From the NCBI RefSeq assembly GCF_006345805.1, contig NW_021833983.1, forward strand, positions 6,305 to 70,304: DNA of 64,000 bases. The letters run 5' to 3'. The notes beneath the pieces were generated by a model. The model was not told the origin of the DNA. It made no database searches and saw only the letters and a list, made by a program, of their open reading frames with translations. Source of the stretch: Octopus sinensis. Its lineage: Eukaryota. The translations under genes were made by a program, and so were the position numbers. Shown here one piece after another: positions 51,645-64,000 of this stretch (within the stretch, counting starts at the first letter, position 1; each line of letters opens with the position of its first letter).

Positions 51645-52034
51645 CCACTATATATATATGTTGCTATACCCTTAATTATTGTTATAATCATATATAAAAC
51701 TTCTTGTATAAGTTTTTACCGAATATGGTTCTTTTCCATACCGAAACCATTTGGTAAAATTTATTAATTATAAATTAATAATTTTTTATCTCCATATCTA
51801 TAATGATTATATATATAACCTCTGTGTGTCTTTGTTTGTACCTCATCAGTACTTGACAATCGATGCAACTTAGCAGTTCAGCAAACAGACCGATAGAATA
51901 AGTACAAGGCTTACAAAGAATAAGTCCTGACGTCGATTCGTTTGACCAAACCCGTCAAGGCACTGTTCCAGCAATGAGAGTCAAAATATTTCTTAGCCAA
52001 GTGAGAACACACACACACGCACACACACACACAC

Positions 52035-52116
<82 letters not shown>

Positions 52117-52118
<2 letters not shown>

Positions 52119-52272
52119 GAAATTGATAGAAAAACAAAAGACGAAGACAGGTGTGTGAACCGCAAGCAAGTTTATTAGTTTTTTACGTTTCGAGCTTTCG
52201 CTCTTCAACAGAAAGGAATAAGAGGAAATAAACAGAGATTATGGAAAAAAACGTGTAAAGTTCAGTGATCTA
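52117..52272 (-). mobile_element. Family D HHR repeat (GAAA loop variant)
   Basis: Minus strand: cuuu CUGUUGA A GAGC GAAA GCUC GAA ACGU A aaaa. Confidence 0.7.
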
Positions 52273-52314
52273 ACATAGCGAGTGATTTGAAAAAAGATAT
52301 TGCAAAAAAGGGAG

Positions 52315-52361
<47 letters not shown>

Positions 52362-52869
52362 TTACCTAAGGCACACAGTACATACCTAAGGCACACAGCA
52401 CATACCTAAGGCACACAGAGCTGCGCTCGGTAGTGAAGTGAAAGCACGCTATAAAAATAAAACTACTGAATGATAATAATAATAATAATAATAATATATA
52501 CACATACATATATGTATACACACACATACACACACTCTCTCTCTCTCTCTCTCTCTCTTCTATTTCTCTCTCTCACACACACACATATAGGTTAGCTGAG
52601 TAAGAGGTTAAAATAACCGTGTAAGGGATAGAAGTATCTATTACACTACCGGTATGTTACCTATGTTTAACCACGGGTATATACCAGAGTATATATCAAA
52701 GGGCATATATCAGTAGCAATACCATACAACATTGGAAGCAGAAACAGTTGTTAGATGGGATGCAGTCTATTTGTATTGAATTAATAAATAATAATTGACG
52801 TAAGTCAATTGTTGTTCATCAAATTTCTACATTTTCTGTCTTCTAAACACACAGACACAGACACAGACA

Positions 52870-52938
<69 letters not shown>

Positions 52939-53591
52939 CATACGAGTGAATAGACAAAGGAAAGAAGGGCACTCAATACATTTATTGAGAGTTAAATGTA
53001 TAGATTAAAACAGTTTGACTCAGATTCCTTGGTACTCCGAGTTTCAAGCGTATGGCTAATCTTCGGCTTTTGGGGTCTGACTGAGCGTTCGGTTGGAGAG
53101 AGTCAATATTTACTACTGGACGTTAGCCTGCGATTGGTCGAGAAAGGTCACGCAGTATAACGGTTTTAAGTTCGTATCTCAGCGACAACGATTAGTTAGA
53201 AAATACCACATGGTGAACAGGAAATCGACCATGTGGTGGACAAGGATTCGGTCGTGCGGTTGTGGAGAGGTAGGAAGGGACGGTAGATATGGGGGTGGGT
53301 ATATGTATATATGTACATATATGCCCTTATATCTGCGTGTATGCATCCGTACTTATACGAGCGTGTATGTGTGCTTAGATAGAGATTCAAGCAGTCGTGC
53401 GCGCGCACACACATACACACGAAAGCACACACGCATACACACTCGCGCATGCATTTGCATATACACACGTACACACACACGCGGACTCACGGACACACAT
53501 AGAGAGAGGCGTGCATACCTTTATCAACATGTACATATGTTACACGCTTGAAATTCAGAGTACCAGCAAATTTGAATCAAAATGTTTTAAT

Positions 53592-53628
<37 letters not shown>

Positions 53629-53633
53629 ATATA

Positions 53634-53680
<47 letters not shown>

Positions 53681-53681
<1 letters not shown>

Positions 53682-54160
53682 GAGTGAGAAAGCAGTTCAT
53701 GCCATCAAAGTTACATTCGGGTAAAATACGTGAAGCCCAATAAACCCGTCATGACTACTCGTCTGATAAGGATACACCAGGCACATGCATCACAACCATA
53801 TGTGCGTGACATGGTGATCTCACATCAAGATAAACAGCGCATGACCTTGCAGGTGGGGGCCCAGTTAGAATTTCTTTCAGATCGAGTAGCCTATCCCGCT
53901 CAAAAGGTCATTGAACACCCATGTTTCTGGAGGTGAATTATTCAAACCCCAAAAAACTCCTCTGAGCACATGGCTATGATGCTCCTCCACTACTTCTGCT
54001 CTTAATCAGAGATGCAGATATCGTCAGCCACCAAGGGACATGGTCAACTGGTTAAGATCAAACAACGGACAAGCAAATCTGTGGTATTGAGCAGAATATT
54101 TGCTGTAGCTCATCTTTTATACCAAGACAAAACAAAATACATGATTACACTTGCAATCAG
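53681..54160 (-). mobile_element. Family C retroposon, 5'-truncated
   Basis: Starts (plus strand) gagtgagaaagc after (ATT)n. Confidence 0.8.
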
Positions 54161-54185
54161 TTATTATTATTATTATTATTATTAT

Positions 54186-54553
54186 TGAGTGAGAGAGCAG
54201 TTCATGCCATCAAAGTGACACTGGGGTAAAATATACGAAGCCCAGTATACCCATCATGACTACCTGTCTGATAAGGGTACACTAGGCACATGCATCACAA
54301 CCATGTGTGCGCGACATGGTGATCTCATATCAAGATAAACAGCACATGACCTTGCAGGTGGGGCCCAGTTAGAATGATGCTCCCCCACTACTTCTGCTCG
54401 TGATCAGAGATGCACATATCGTCAGCCACTAAGGGACATGCTCAACTGGTTAAGGTCAAACAACTGACAAGCAAATCTGTGGTATTGAGCAGAATATTTG
54501 CTGTAGCCCATCTTTTATACCAAGACAAAACAATGTACATGATATTTCCAATC
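54186..54553 (-). mobile_element. Family C retroposon, internal deletion and 5' truncation
   Basis: Same conserved end; deletion near 54375. Confidence 0.8.
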
Positions 54554-54554
54554 A

Positions 54555-54617
<63 letters not shown>

Positions 54618-54624
54618 GTTATTG

Positions 54625-54677
<53 letters not shown>

Positions 54678-54707
54678 GTTATTATTATTATATTATTATT
54701 ATTATTA

Positions 54708-54754
<47 letters not shown>

Positions 54755-54765
54755 TATTATTATTA

Positions 54766-54802
<37 letters not shown>

Positions 54803-54849
54803 TATTATTATTATTATTGTTATTATTATTATTGTTATTATTATTATTG

Positions 54850-55280
54850 TGTGAGAGAGCAGTTCATGCCATCAAAGTGACACTGGGGTAAAATATACGA
54901 AGCCCAATATACCCATCATGACTACCCGTCTGATAAAGGTACACCAGGCACATGCATCACAACCATATGTGCGCGACATGGTGATCTCATATCAAGATAA
55001 ACAGCACATGACCTTGCAGTTAGAATTTTCTTCAGGTTGAGTAGCCCATCCCGCTCAAACGGTCCCTGAATAAGGGTTGTTTAAGGATGTTGAAAGACCC
55101 ACCCATGTTTCCAGAGGTGGACTATTCAAACCCCAAAGAATCCCTCTCAACACATGGCTATGATGCTCCCCCACTACTTCTGCTCGTGATCAGAGATGCA
55201 CATATCGTCAGCCACTAAGGACATGCTCAACTGGTTAAGGTCAAACAACTGACAAGCAAATCTGTGGTATTGAGCAGAAT
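54850..55280 (-). mobile_element. Family C retroposon, 5'-truncated
   Basis: Same conserved end within (ATT)n. Confidence 0.8.
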
Positions 55281-55304
55281 ATTATTGTTATTATTATATT
55301 ATTA

Positions 55305-55391
<87 letters not shown>

Positions 55392-55699
55392 TATTATTAT
55401 TATTTATTATTATTATTATTATTATAATGATATATCAGTATATGAGTAGATAAACATTTGTCATGTAGAAATCCAAGCGGTGTCTACGCCCTGCTGGTTT
55501 CCTTTCAGTCTCGTGTACCTTCTTCTACACACTGTGACAGATAACACAGCTTGGGTTGCATCACCGTCAACAGTTTTGCTATAATTCATGCTTAACTCCC
55601 GCAGAGAAACAGCAGGTCAAAACAATCATCTTCTCACCAGGTTCTTGCTTTGTAGATTCTAACAAATGTGCATGACATTACTTTAATTGTTCTCTCTCT

Positions 55700-55741
<42 letters not shown>

Positions 55742-55764
55742 TATATATTATTTTATTCTTTTAT

Positions 55765-55975
55765 TTGGTTCAGTTGTTTGACTGCGGCCATGCTGGGGCA
55801 CCGCCTTTTAGTCGAAGAAATTGACCTCAGGAATATTATTTGCGAGCCTGGTACTTATTCTATCGATTTTTTTTTTGGCCGAACCATTAAGTTACGGAGA
55901 CGTAAACATGCCAACATCGGTTGTAAAGCGATGCTGGGGGCGCCAAACGCAGGCACATAGATACATACATAAATA
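55765..55975 (-). mobile_element. SINE family B 3' half
   Basis: gactgcggccatgctggggcaccgcc. Confidence 0.75.
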
Positions 55976-56706
55976 TATACATATATATATATACATATAT
56001 TACATGGGAAAATGCGAGCAAGAGAAATAACATTCTTAAGATTATAAACCTGGAAAAGTACAGGACAAGTTATTACACTTGTAATATTATACATACATAC
56101 ATACATACATACATACATACATACATACATACATACATACATACATACATACATACATACATACATACATACATACATACATACATACATACATACATAC
56201 ATACATACATACATACATACATACATACATACATGATGGCTGCCCCTTCGTTATCGAGTATGGCCATTGCACGAATCTTAACTGTTATTGGCGCTGTGAT
56301 CGAATGTGACTTTTATTTGCTTTTTAAGGCTACAGCCAGCTATTCAGTTGAGACTCACAGCACCATCAACAATCATGAACAATGTTGTTATCGTGCAATG
56401 CCTGTGCAAGAAGATTTTTTTAAAGTGAGGAAAGGCTGTGCACTGAGTCAATCCCACTCACTAAGCAACAGCAGCCATAATCCGAAAAGAAGAACAAGTC
56501 AACATCATCGGTAACCACTGAGCAGCAGGTTTTATGTCGGAGTTATCCCAGTTACCTGAGTTACCTTCTCCTACATACACACATACATACATACATACAT
56601 ACATACATACATACATACATACATACATACATACATACATACATACATACAAACATACATACATACATACATACATACAAACATACATACATACATATAC
56701 ATATAA

Positions 56707-56873
56707 TAGATCGCGAGCCACTACACATTCTTTATTTTCTCTCCTTGTTCTTTCTGTGTTCCTTTCTGTAGAAACGTGAAAGACATTTTCACTCCCCGAG
56801 CGTTTAACTAATACATCTGTTTGTTGTCTACACCACCTGTCATCGTCTTTTGTTTTTTTGTGAATTCTCCCCC
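56707..56873 (+). mobile_element. Family D repeat with the HHR stem II deleted
   Basis: cttt ctgta gaaacgt g aaag. Confidence 0.7.
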
Positions 56874-56899
56874 ACCCCATATATATATATATATATTAT

Positions 56900-56947
<48 letters not shown>

Positions 56948-57489
56948 TGCATATATATATCCTCTGTGTGTCTTTGTGCCCTATCACCGCTTGACAACCG
57001 ATGTTGGTGTGCTTACGTCCCCGCAACCTAGCTGTTCAGCAAAGAGACCGATAGAATAAGTACTAGGCTTACAAAGAATAAGACTTGGCGTCGCTTTGTT
57101 TGACGAGTGGTTTAATGTGGATATTTCTCAATGATGATATTGACAGTCATTGATGACAGATGGGCGTCCACTATGCTCACAATCTTCAAGGCCCAGGTCT
57201 CTACTCGAAATTGTTTAAACTATTTTCAAGCTGACTACTCCCATGTCATTTCCTCACGAAGAGACAGTCGCAGGATGGGTCGAAACGATCGACGTACAAA
57301 ATAAAGTCTAACACCAAATTCATCTTCTGTTTACTTAATTGATTATTATCTCAACTTACACTGCGGAATTCCTGAAGGAGATCCGACGGAAATATACCCC
57401 GACTGCTGATGACACCAGGTAGCCTGAACTGTGCCAGTGCTTTACTCAACACACCAGCACACTAATTGACATATACTCATTAGTCTGAA

Positions 57490-57578
<89 letters not shown>

Positions 57579-58289
57579 AATTGTGTGTGTCTTTGTGCTT
57601 TTGTTTTCCCCTCAACCCCTTGACAATCGGTTTTGTTTTGTTTACGTCGTCGTAACCGAGCGTTTCGGCAAAGAAACCAATATAATGCGTATGAGACTTT
57701 AAAAAATAGTAATAAACTTTTCAAGGTGATGCTACAGCATGGCTGCAATCCAATGACTGAAACAAGCAAAAGATAAAACACATATGCCTTACTATAAGTC
57801 ATTCTGGAACTGAAAAACTCTCCTCTTATTTTAACTTTAAGCAACCCATAAATAGTTTACTAAATGATATGGGAATATTATTGTTCTGGATCCACCGCGG
57901 TTGTGTTTGCCTTTCATCTTTTCGGGGTCGATAAATTAAGTACCAGTTGCGTACTGGGGTCAATGTTATCGACTAGTCTCCTCCCTCAAAATTTCAGGCC
58001 TTGTGCCTATAGTAGAAAAGAATATTATCGGTCTGGATGATTTCGTTGCTTGAATGAGGCACAGTCGTAGAACTGTCTAAAACTACATGAGATTAGAACA
58101 TCAAATAGCAATGGTCATTCACTCTTACAACTTTGCCTTGGGCTGAATCTTGTTATTGAAAATAAAGGATTTTTTAAAAAGACTTTAAAACACCATTGCT
58201 TTAACTGCTGATATTTGATGGTGCAGAATTCTTTCTATTATAGATACAAGGCCAAACATTTAGCGAAGCAAAAAGCTGATCAACTACAT

Positions 58290-58566
58290 CAGTGATTCCC
58301 GAACTTTTTCGGGCAACCATCTCCTTGACACTCAGGCCACATTCCTAGCGCCCCACCCCAACTAACCATCACAAATATGGACCTCTTTCTGAAGCAAATT
58401 CAAAGCAACTGTACTTCACAAACAAAAACTTAACCTAATGAAACCATCATTTTTGTTGTTTTTACATGAATCGCTCCCCCATTATCACCCAATTTTTCTT
58501 CAACAACCCCCTTGGAACTTTCCATTACCCCCAGAGGAGCAATACCACCCACTTTGGTAACCACTA
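58290..58566. mobile_element. hAT MITE with perfect 8-bp TSD
   Basis: aactacat at 58282-58289 and 58567-58574; TIR cagtgattcccgaac / tttggtaaccacta. Confidence 0.85.
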
Positions 58567-58774
58567 AACTACATCGAACCTTGTGCTGAACTGCAACTTA
58601 TCTTATCGACCCTGAAAGGGTGTAAAACAAAGTCGACATCGGCAGAATATGAACTTAGAACATAAAAGAGCCGGAAAAAATGCTGCTAACAATTCTACCG
58701 GCTAGTTTCTGATGTATCATATAATAGTAAACCATCGAATTCAAAGGTTTAAATCACTCGATGATATATATATC

Positions 58775-59290
58775 AATAAAAAATGTTGACGATTTGGATC
58801 ACACATAGTAGACTCCCAAAAGGACTTTCGCATGCGCGAAGCTCTTGCTTGGGAGGCATGGAACAGACTTGATAAGGTCTGGCACTCAAACCTTCCACTC
58901 ACGTTAAAAGTTAAAATATTTAGAACACTGATTGAGCTGGTCCTTCTCTATGGATCAAAGACCTGGACCTTATCGGCTGTCTTAGAAAAGCAACAAGATG
59001 GAACATATACCAACCTGCTCAGAAAGATACAGAACATCAGTTGCAGATCACAACCAACACTTAGTAACATCTACGGAAATCTGATACCAATATTCCTCAA
59101 GCTAAAGCAGAAATGGCTACAATTTGCTGGCCACAGTCATCGGGCAGAGAAAGAGGTTATCTCGTCCCTGCTTCTATGGCATCCCCCTGGAAGTGTTTTC
59201 TCCAGGAAGCTGACATTTCCAGACTCCTATATCTCGGGAATCAGGGCTGGATATTAGAGATCTGAACACAGCAATGCAGGACTGTGTAGT
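58775..59290 (+). mobile_element. RTE-like LINE ORF2 C-terminal fragment (second family)
   Basis: ALAWEAWNRLDKVW...LLYGSKTWTL...DGTYTNLLR...FAGH...LLLW. Confidence 0.8.
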
Positions 59291-59537
59291 GTGGAAAGGA
59301 GTGATGATGAAGGTTTATTTCACAATCCAAGAACAAAAACGTATTCAACATTAAAAGTGAGGCCCAGTTTTTCTTGAGAAACTTAACCAGCTTTCGGAAC
59401 CTGATGAAAGTAGTACATTATAAGACTTTATGGTAAAAGATTTATTCAACTTTTGAATGAACAACTGGGTTTCAGAAGAGAAAATCTAACGGCTAATTTC
59501 CAAGAAAACTAAATGCATATGCGTGTGTGTATGTGTT

Positions 59538-59578
<41 letters not shown>

Positions 59579-59621
59579 TGTGTGTGTGTGTGTATGTGTG
59601 TGTGTGTGTGTTTGTGTGTGT

Positions 59622-59654
<33 letters not shown>

Positions 59655-60174
59655 GGAGTGCGTATGTGTGGGTGTGTGTTACATTTTTGCGTTTACCGAA
59701 AAAAATGCATATTTTTTTCAAAATACAGTACTAATTTAACTAATTGCACTAAATGACTTTTTTCTAATCAGTAAAATTTCTCAGAACCTGCTTCAGTGCT
59801 TGTGGGTATACATTGCTCTAAATAGCTTTATCTTTTCAGTCAAGAGGTTAAATCCAATTTTAAATGAAGTCACAGAACTTAAGATGTTCAACATTCTCTA
59901 TGAAAAGATATTGCTGTGAAGAACTTCATCGATTTAAATGCAAAACTGGGTCCTGCATCGTGCAACGTATGCATTTATGTATATGTGTGTATATATAAAG
60001 TATATATGATATTTGTATATATATACATATATAGGAATATGGTATGTATGTGTATATGTATATGTATGTATGTGAATATATATATACACATATATATATA
60101 TATTAATAATAATATGACAATAAAAGAATGAATGCGGCCTCGATATTATGTAAATTAAGGAATTTATCTATAAA

Positions 60175-60384
60175 TATATAATATAGGACAATCAGTTAGT
60201 TGTCATAATAAAACTCAGAGTTTCGGATGTCGGGGCTGAAGCCTGCTCCGGCATCTCATCAGTTATTAAGACAAAAATGCGTTGTTTTAATAACTGATGA
60301 GATGCCGGAGCAGATCAGTCCCGACATCCGAAACTCTGAGTTTTAGAATAACAACTAACTGATTGTCCTATATTATATTTATAC
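60175..60384. ncRNA. ~100-bp-arm palindrome with an HHR-like motif on each strand
   Basis: 60207-60267(-): AAUAA CUGAUGA GAUGCCGG..CCGACAUCC GAA ACUCUGAGU U UUAUU; mirror copy 60289-60347(+). Confidence 0.7.
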
Positions 60385-60388
60385 ATAA

Positions 60389-60421
<33 letters not shown>

Positions 60422-60515
60422 ATAATATATATATATATAATATATATATTATAATATATACACACAACATATATATATACAGATATACATATATATATAT
60501 AGTATGTATATATAG

Positions 60516-60549
<34 letters not shown>

Positions 60550-60614
60550 CATACATACGTATGTATGATTATGTATGCATACATATATACATGTATATAT
60601 CAATATATATATAT

Positions 60615-60760
60615 TATATATATAATGCAGAAGATGTCTGTCTGTGTAACTGCATGCATTTCTACATTTTACAACCGATTTGCACCAAATTTCATTCATA
60701 AGTCACATTATGCGTCGTTGTCTATTTTATTTTTCCGTACATCGATTGTGCCCCATCCCA
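60615..60760 (+). mobile_element. Probable Helitron 5' end
   Basis: tatataatgcagaagatgtctgtctgtgt...ccgatttgcaccaaattt resembles non-autonomous Helitron 5' termini. Confidence 0.4.
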
Positions 60761-61919
60761 GGGGCAGGTAACTCCCTTAAGTATCTCTGTTGGAATCAGC
60801 AGTACTACAGCATAAAGGCCCCATAATTCCTGCAGTTTGCCTCCCATCGTCACCAAAATTAATCTTTTGTTAGCTTATCGCCTACAAATAAAGTTGCAGG
60901 CATTCGCTTGCGCAGAAATTCATGTAGGGGACCCCTTGTGGAGCAGTAAACCGATCTTGCAACAAAACATCATGACTACTTGTGTTGGCGTTTGGTTTCC
61001 ACGAAACGAGACGTATTGATTACCCATGGCTCACAGAGGAAGGGGAACACATGAACTTTTACTTGAACTTATCAAGGAGAGCTCTGGCGGAGCAGTAAGC
61101 CCCTCCACCCGATTTACCTATTGAAGTTCACATTAACATTGTATTAGTACCTGAAATTTACGTTCGATTTTAATTTTACGGGACACATTGGTTACTCATT
61201 GCCTAAAGATGATGCTGAAGACACTGTCTGTACCCGGCACAAAAAGGGGACCCCAGGGGAAGTAAGCTCTGGCGAGTCATTTATTGAATCTGGTTATTGT
61301 AATACAGCAAAGGGTCATAGCTTCGATAATTGGTTGTCCAATAAAATGAATTTCGACACAGTTGTTATTCATTTGCTACAGATGAAGATACAGTGAGGCA
61401 CATCTACTTCCATTTCAGTTCAGTAAGAGGACCCCCTCGGTGGACAAGAGCCTAAATCATTAACTCATAAAACTTCAAACTGCCACAATAAAACAAGTAT
61501 CAGAACCTCGAGAGTTCATTATGGTTATTGCCTGCCATAAGATAAAGTACCGCAGATTCGTTACCACTTGAATTCTGCAAAGGATCTCCCTAGGGAGGGC
61601 AGTGAGCCCCTTTGGACCACTTTTCAAGTTCATATTATGGTCGCGGCAAAGCATTTTAACTTCTGGAAATAACAAACAATTTAAACGAAAGTTGACACAT
61701 CAGTTACTCATGTCCTACAAATGGAGGAGCAAATTTTTAAATCCCCCCACACTAAACCTTAGTTTGCTTAGTTTAGGATAATTAAATTTAATTTTGCACC
61801 CGGTTGTCTCCCCTGTGTAATTGTATCACAATTAAGTGTGGAATAGGGAGTTAATTTTTTTCCTTGAACTTTGGCGTCCTTTTACACTCCTGACCAAGAA
61901 AGCACGATTTAACCCAGGT

Positions 61920-62320
61920 GTAAATTTTAACGCCTACTGTTTGTGGATTGTTAATTACCTCACGCAATTTCTTAACTCCCAAGACCTCCCCACCCCCGGA
62001 TTGCCACCACACTTATTGCTCTTCAGGAATTTGGAACGCATCTGGTCGTCGAAAAGGCGATGCCTCATGTTATAGAAGCAACAATACTTACAGGATGTAG
62101 AAAGGGGGATATTGTCTTCATACCAAGGATACCTCTCATTCCATCCGGTAAAGACATTCCTTTCGCATTCAGAAGGCTGCAATTCCCTCTTCGGCTCAGC
62201 TTCGCCATGTCGATTGACAAATCACAGGGTCAGACGCTGATGGTCACAGGGATTAATTTAGAAGACCCGTGCTTCTCTCTTGGTCAACTATATGTTGGCT
62301 GCTCTCGAGTGGGGTGCCGA
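61920..62320 (+). mobile_element. Helitron Pif1-like helicase fragment
   Basis: TPGLPPH, FIPRIPLIP, RRLQFPLRLSFAMSIDKSQGQT, GQLYVGCSRV. Confidence 0.9.
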
Positions 62321-62324
62321 CATA

Positions 62325-62558
62325 TATTTCTTTATTACCCACAAGGGGCTAAACACAGAGGAGACAAACAAGACAGACAAAGGGATTAAGTCGATTAAAT
62401 TCGACCCCAGTGCGTAACTGGTACTTAATTTATCGACCCCGAAAGGATGAAAGGCAAAGTCGACCTCGGCGGAATTTGAACTCAGAACACAGCGGCAGAC
62501 GAAACACCGCAAAGCATTTCGTCCAGCGTGCTAACGTTTCTGCCAGCTCGCCGCCTTA
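62325..62558 (-). mobile_element. SINE family A, full length
   Basis: Ends ctgccagctcgccgcctt. Confidence 0.88.
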
Positions 62559-63109
62559 ACCTACTTGCTTTTGCAACACGCGAGAAAACCTCAAATATAT
62601 GTTGTTGTTTTTTTATATAAGTTCTAGCATTTGTTGTATCCTTGTGCTATTTTTCTCCTTTTGACAATATCATGTACACCTCTGAGGATGCCATTGTTAT
62701 ACGTTATAAATGTTCATTGTCTCCGTTTTCCGCATTCATATGTTGCTATCATGTTTTGCTATTGATGTTCCGTAGTTTTAACTTAATTAATCTACTTTTC
62801 CCTACAGCTTATTTACACACTTTTTTGACATTCCAGCATGATCTTGCCAAGGCCGTTTTTGTGGCCACCGGCTTTTGCATGCAATCTCAAATAACTAGCA
62901 AAGTAGATACGACACACCAAAGTGGTGTGAAGGACTTCTTAAGGGTCACTACCTCTAATCGGAGCCGTCTTTGCTGACAGCACCGCCGCTGAGACTTTCA
63001 AGAGTGAACGATCCAAGGCTCTCCTCAGGGCCAACAAGATTACATTGCTACCATCGTATTCATCTTTGCTGGCAGCACCACCGCAGAGATATTTCAATGA
63101 CAATGATGA

Positions 63110-63312
63110 TCATCACTGCAACCACCACCACCACCACCACCACCACTACCACCGCCACCACCACCACCACCACCACCACCACCACCACCACCACCACCAC
63201 CGCCAACACCATCACCACAACAACCACCACCACCAACACCACCAACACCAACACCACCAACACCAACACCAACACCACCAACATCATCATCATCATCATC
63301 ATCATTATCATG
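63110..63312. repeat. (CAC)/(CAA)/(CAT)n mixed trinucleotide repeat
   Basis: Direct inspection. Confidence 0.9.
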
Positions 63313-63765
63313 ATGAGAAGATTAGTTGTTGCAATAATTGTTTCCCACCCCCAGCTCAGACCGGGAAGACATCGATCATATTCTATGTGCAAAGGACTAC
63401 CTTATCCTACATGTTTATTTTGAGGACAAAAAAGGATCAGGTGTTTTTGGGGGCAGGTATAGTTGCTATTTCTAAAAGGTATAGCAATCACATGAAGGGT
63501 GCTCTTGTTGGCTGGAGAACCGGGTTGTTTCTTGCGGTGGTTATCACGTGAAGAAGATAATGTGTTTTGTATGGTGCTAACACGTGAGAAATTGTGTTGC
63601 TGTATCATAAGAAATTACCATGTCCGTATGAAGTACAGATACACACTTATTTACAAACACACACAAACACACACACACGCACGCACATGCAGTGCGTGTG
63701 TGTTATATATTAACAGTTCTTTATCTATTACGATTAGCATTCATGAAATTATATACCAACTATTT

Positions 63766-63864
<99 letters not shown>

Positions 63865-64000
63865 ATCTGTCTGTCTGTCTGTCTATCTGTCTGTCTGTCT
63901 GTCTATCTGTTTGTCTGTCTGTCCTCCGTCTGTCGTCCGTCCGTCCCCCCTGGAAAAAAACGCGTCTTTCCCATCGAGACAGGTTTCAGAGACCGGATTA

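Noticed and set aside
57250-57295. ACGAAGA GAC..GUC GAAA CGAUCG HHR-like string
   Set aside because: Two core mismatches, no U16.1 and no stem I; kept only as a possible very decayed copy.
62971-63551. Poly-His/poly-Thr ORFs
   Set aside because: Driven by (CAC)/(CAT) repeats; the flanking residues match nothing I recognise.

Overview
AT-rich, microsatellite-saturated animal DNA; the tRNA-derived SINE families and repeat load resemble octopus (cephalopod) genomes, which is recognition rather than a search result. I found no convincing host protein-coding exon, and almost all supplied ORFs are microsatellite read-throughs. The window is a mosaic of decayed mobile elements: RTE-clade LINEs (20.8-23.9 kb, 37.1-37.9 kb, 58.8-59.3 kb), CR1-like LINE pieces, an internally deleted mariner, hAT MITEs, Helitron pieces, two abundant tRNA-SINE families and an (AAT)n-embedded ~550-bp retroposon. 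The striking unexplained layer is about 20 type-I hammerhead-ribozyme (HHR)-like motifs from roughly 9 unrelated sequence families. Nearly all have a short palindromic stem III, as in Penelope-like-element HHRs thought to act as dimers. Many sit in head-to-head foldbacks, one family lies inside a tRNA-headed SINE with a target-site duplication, and two families carry variant cores (CUGUNGA; U3:A8). All folds were derived by eye and none is tested.
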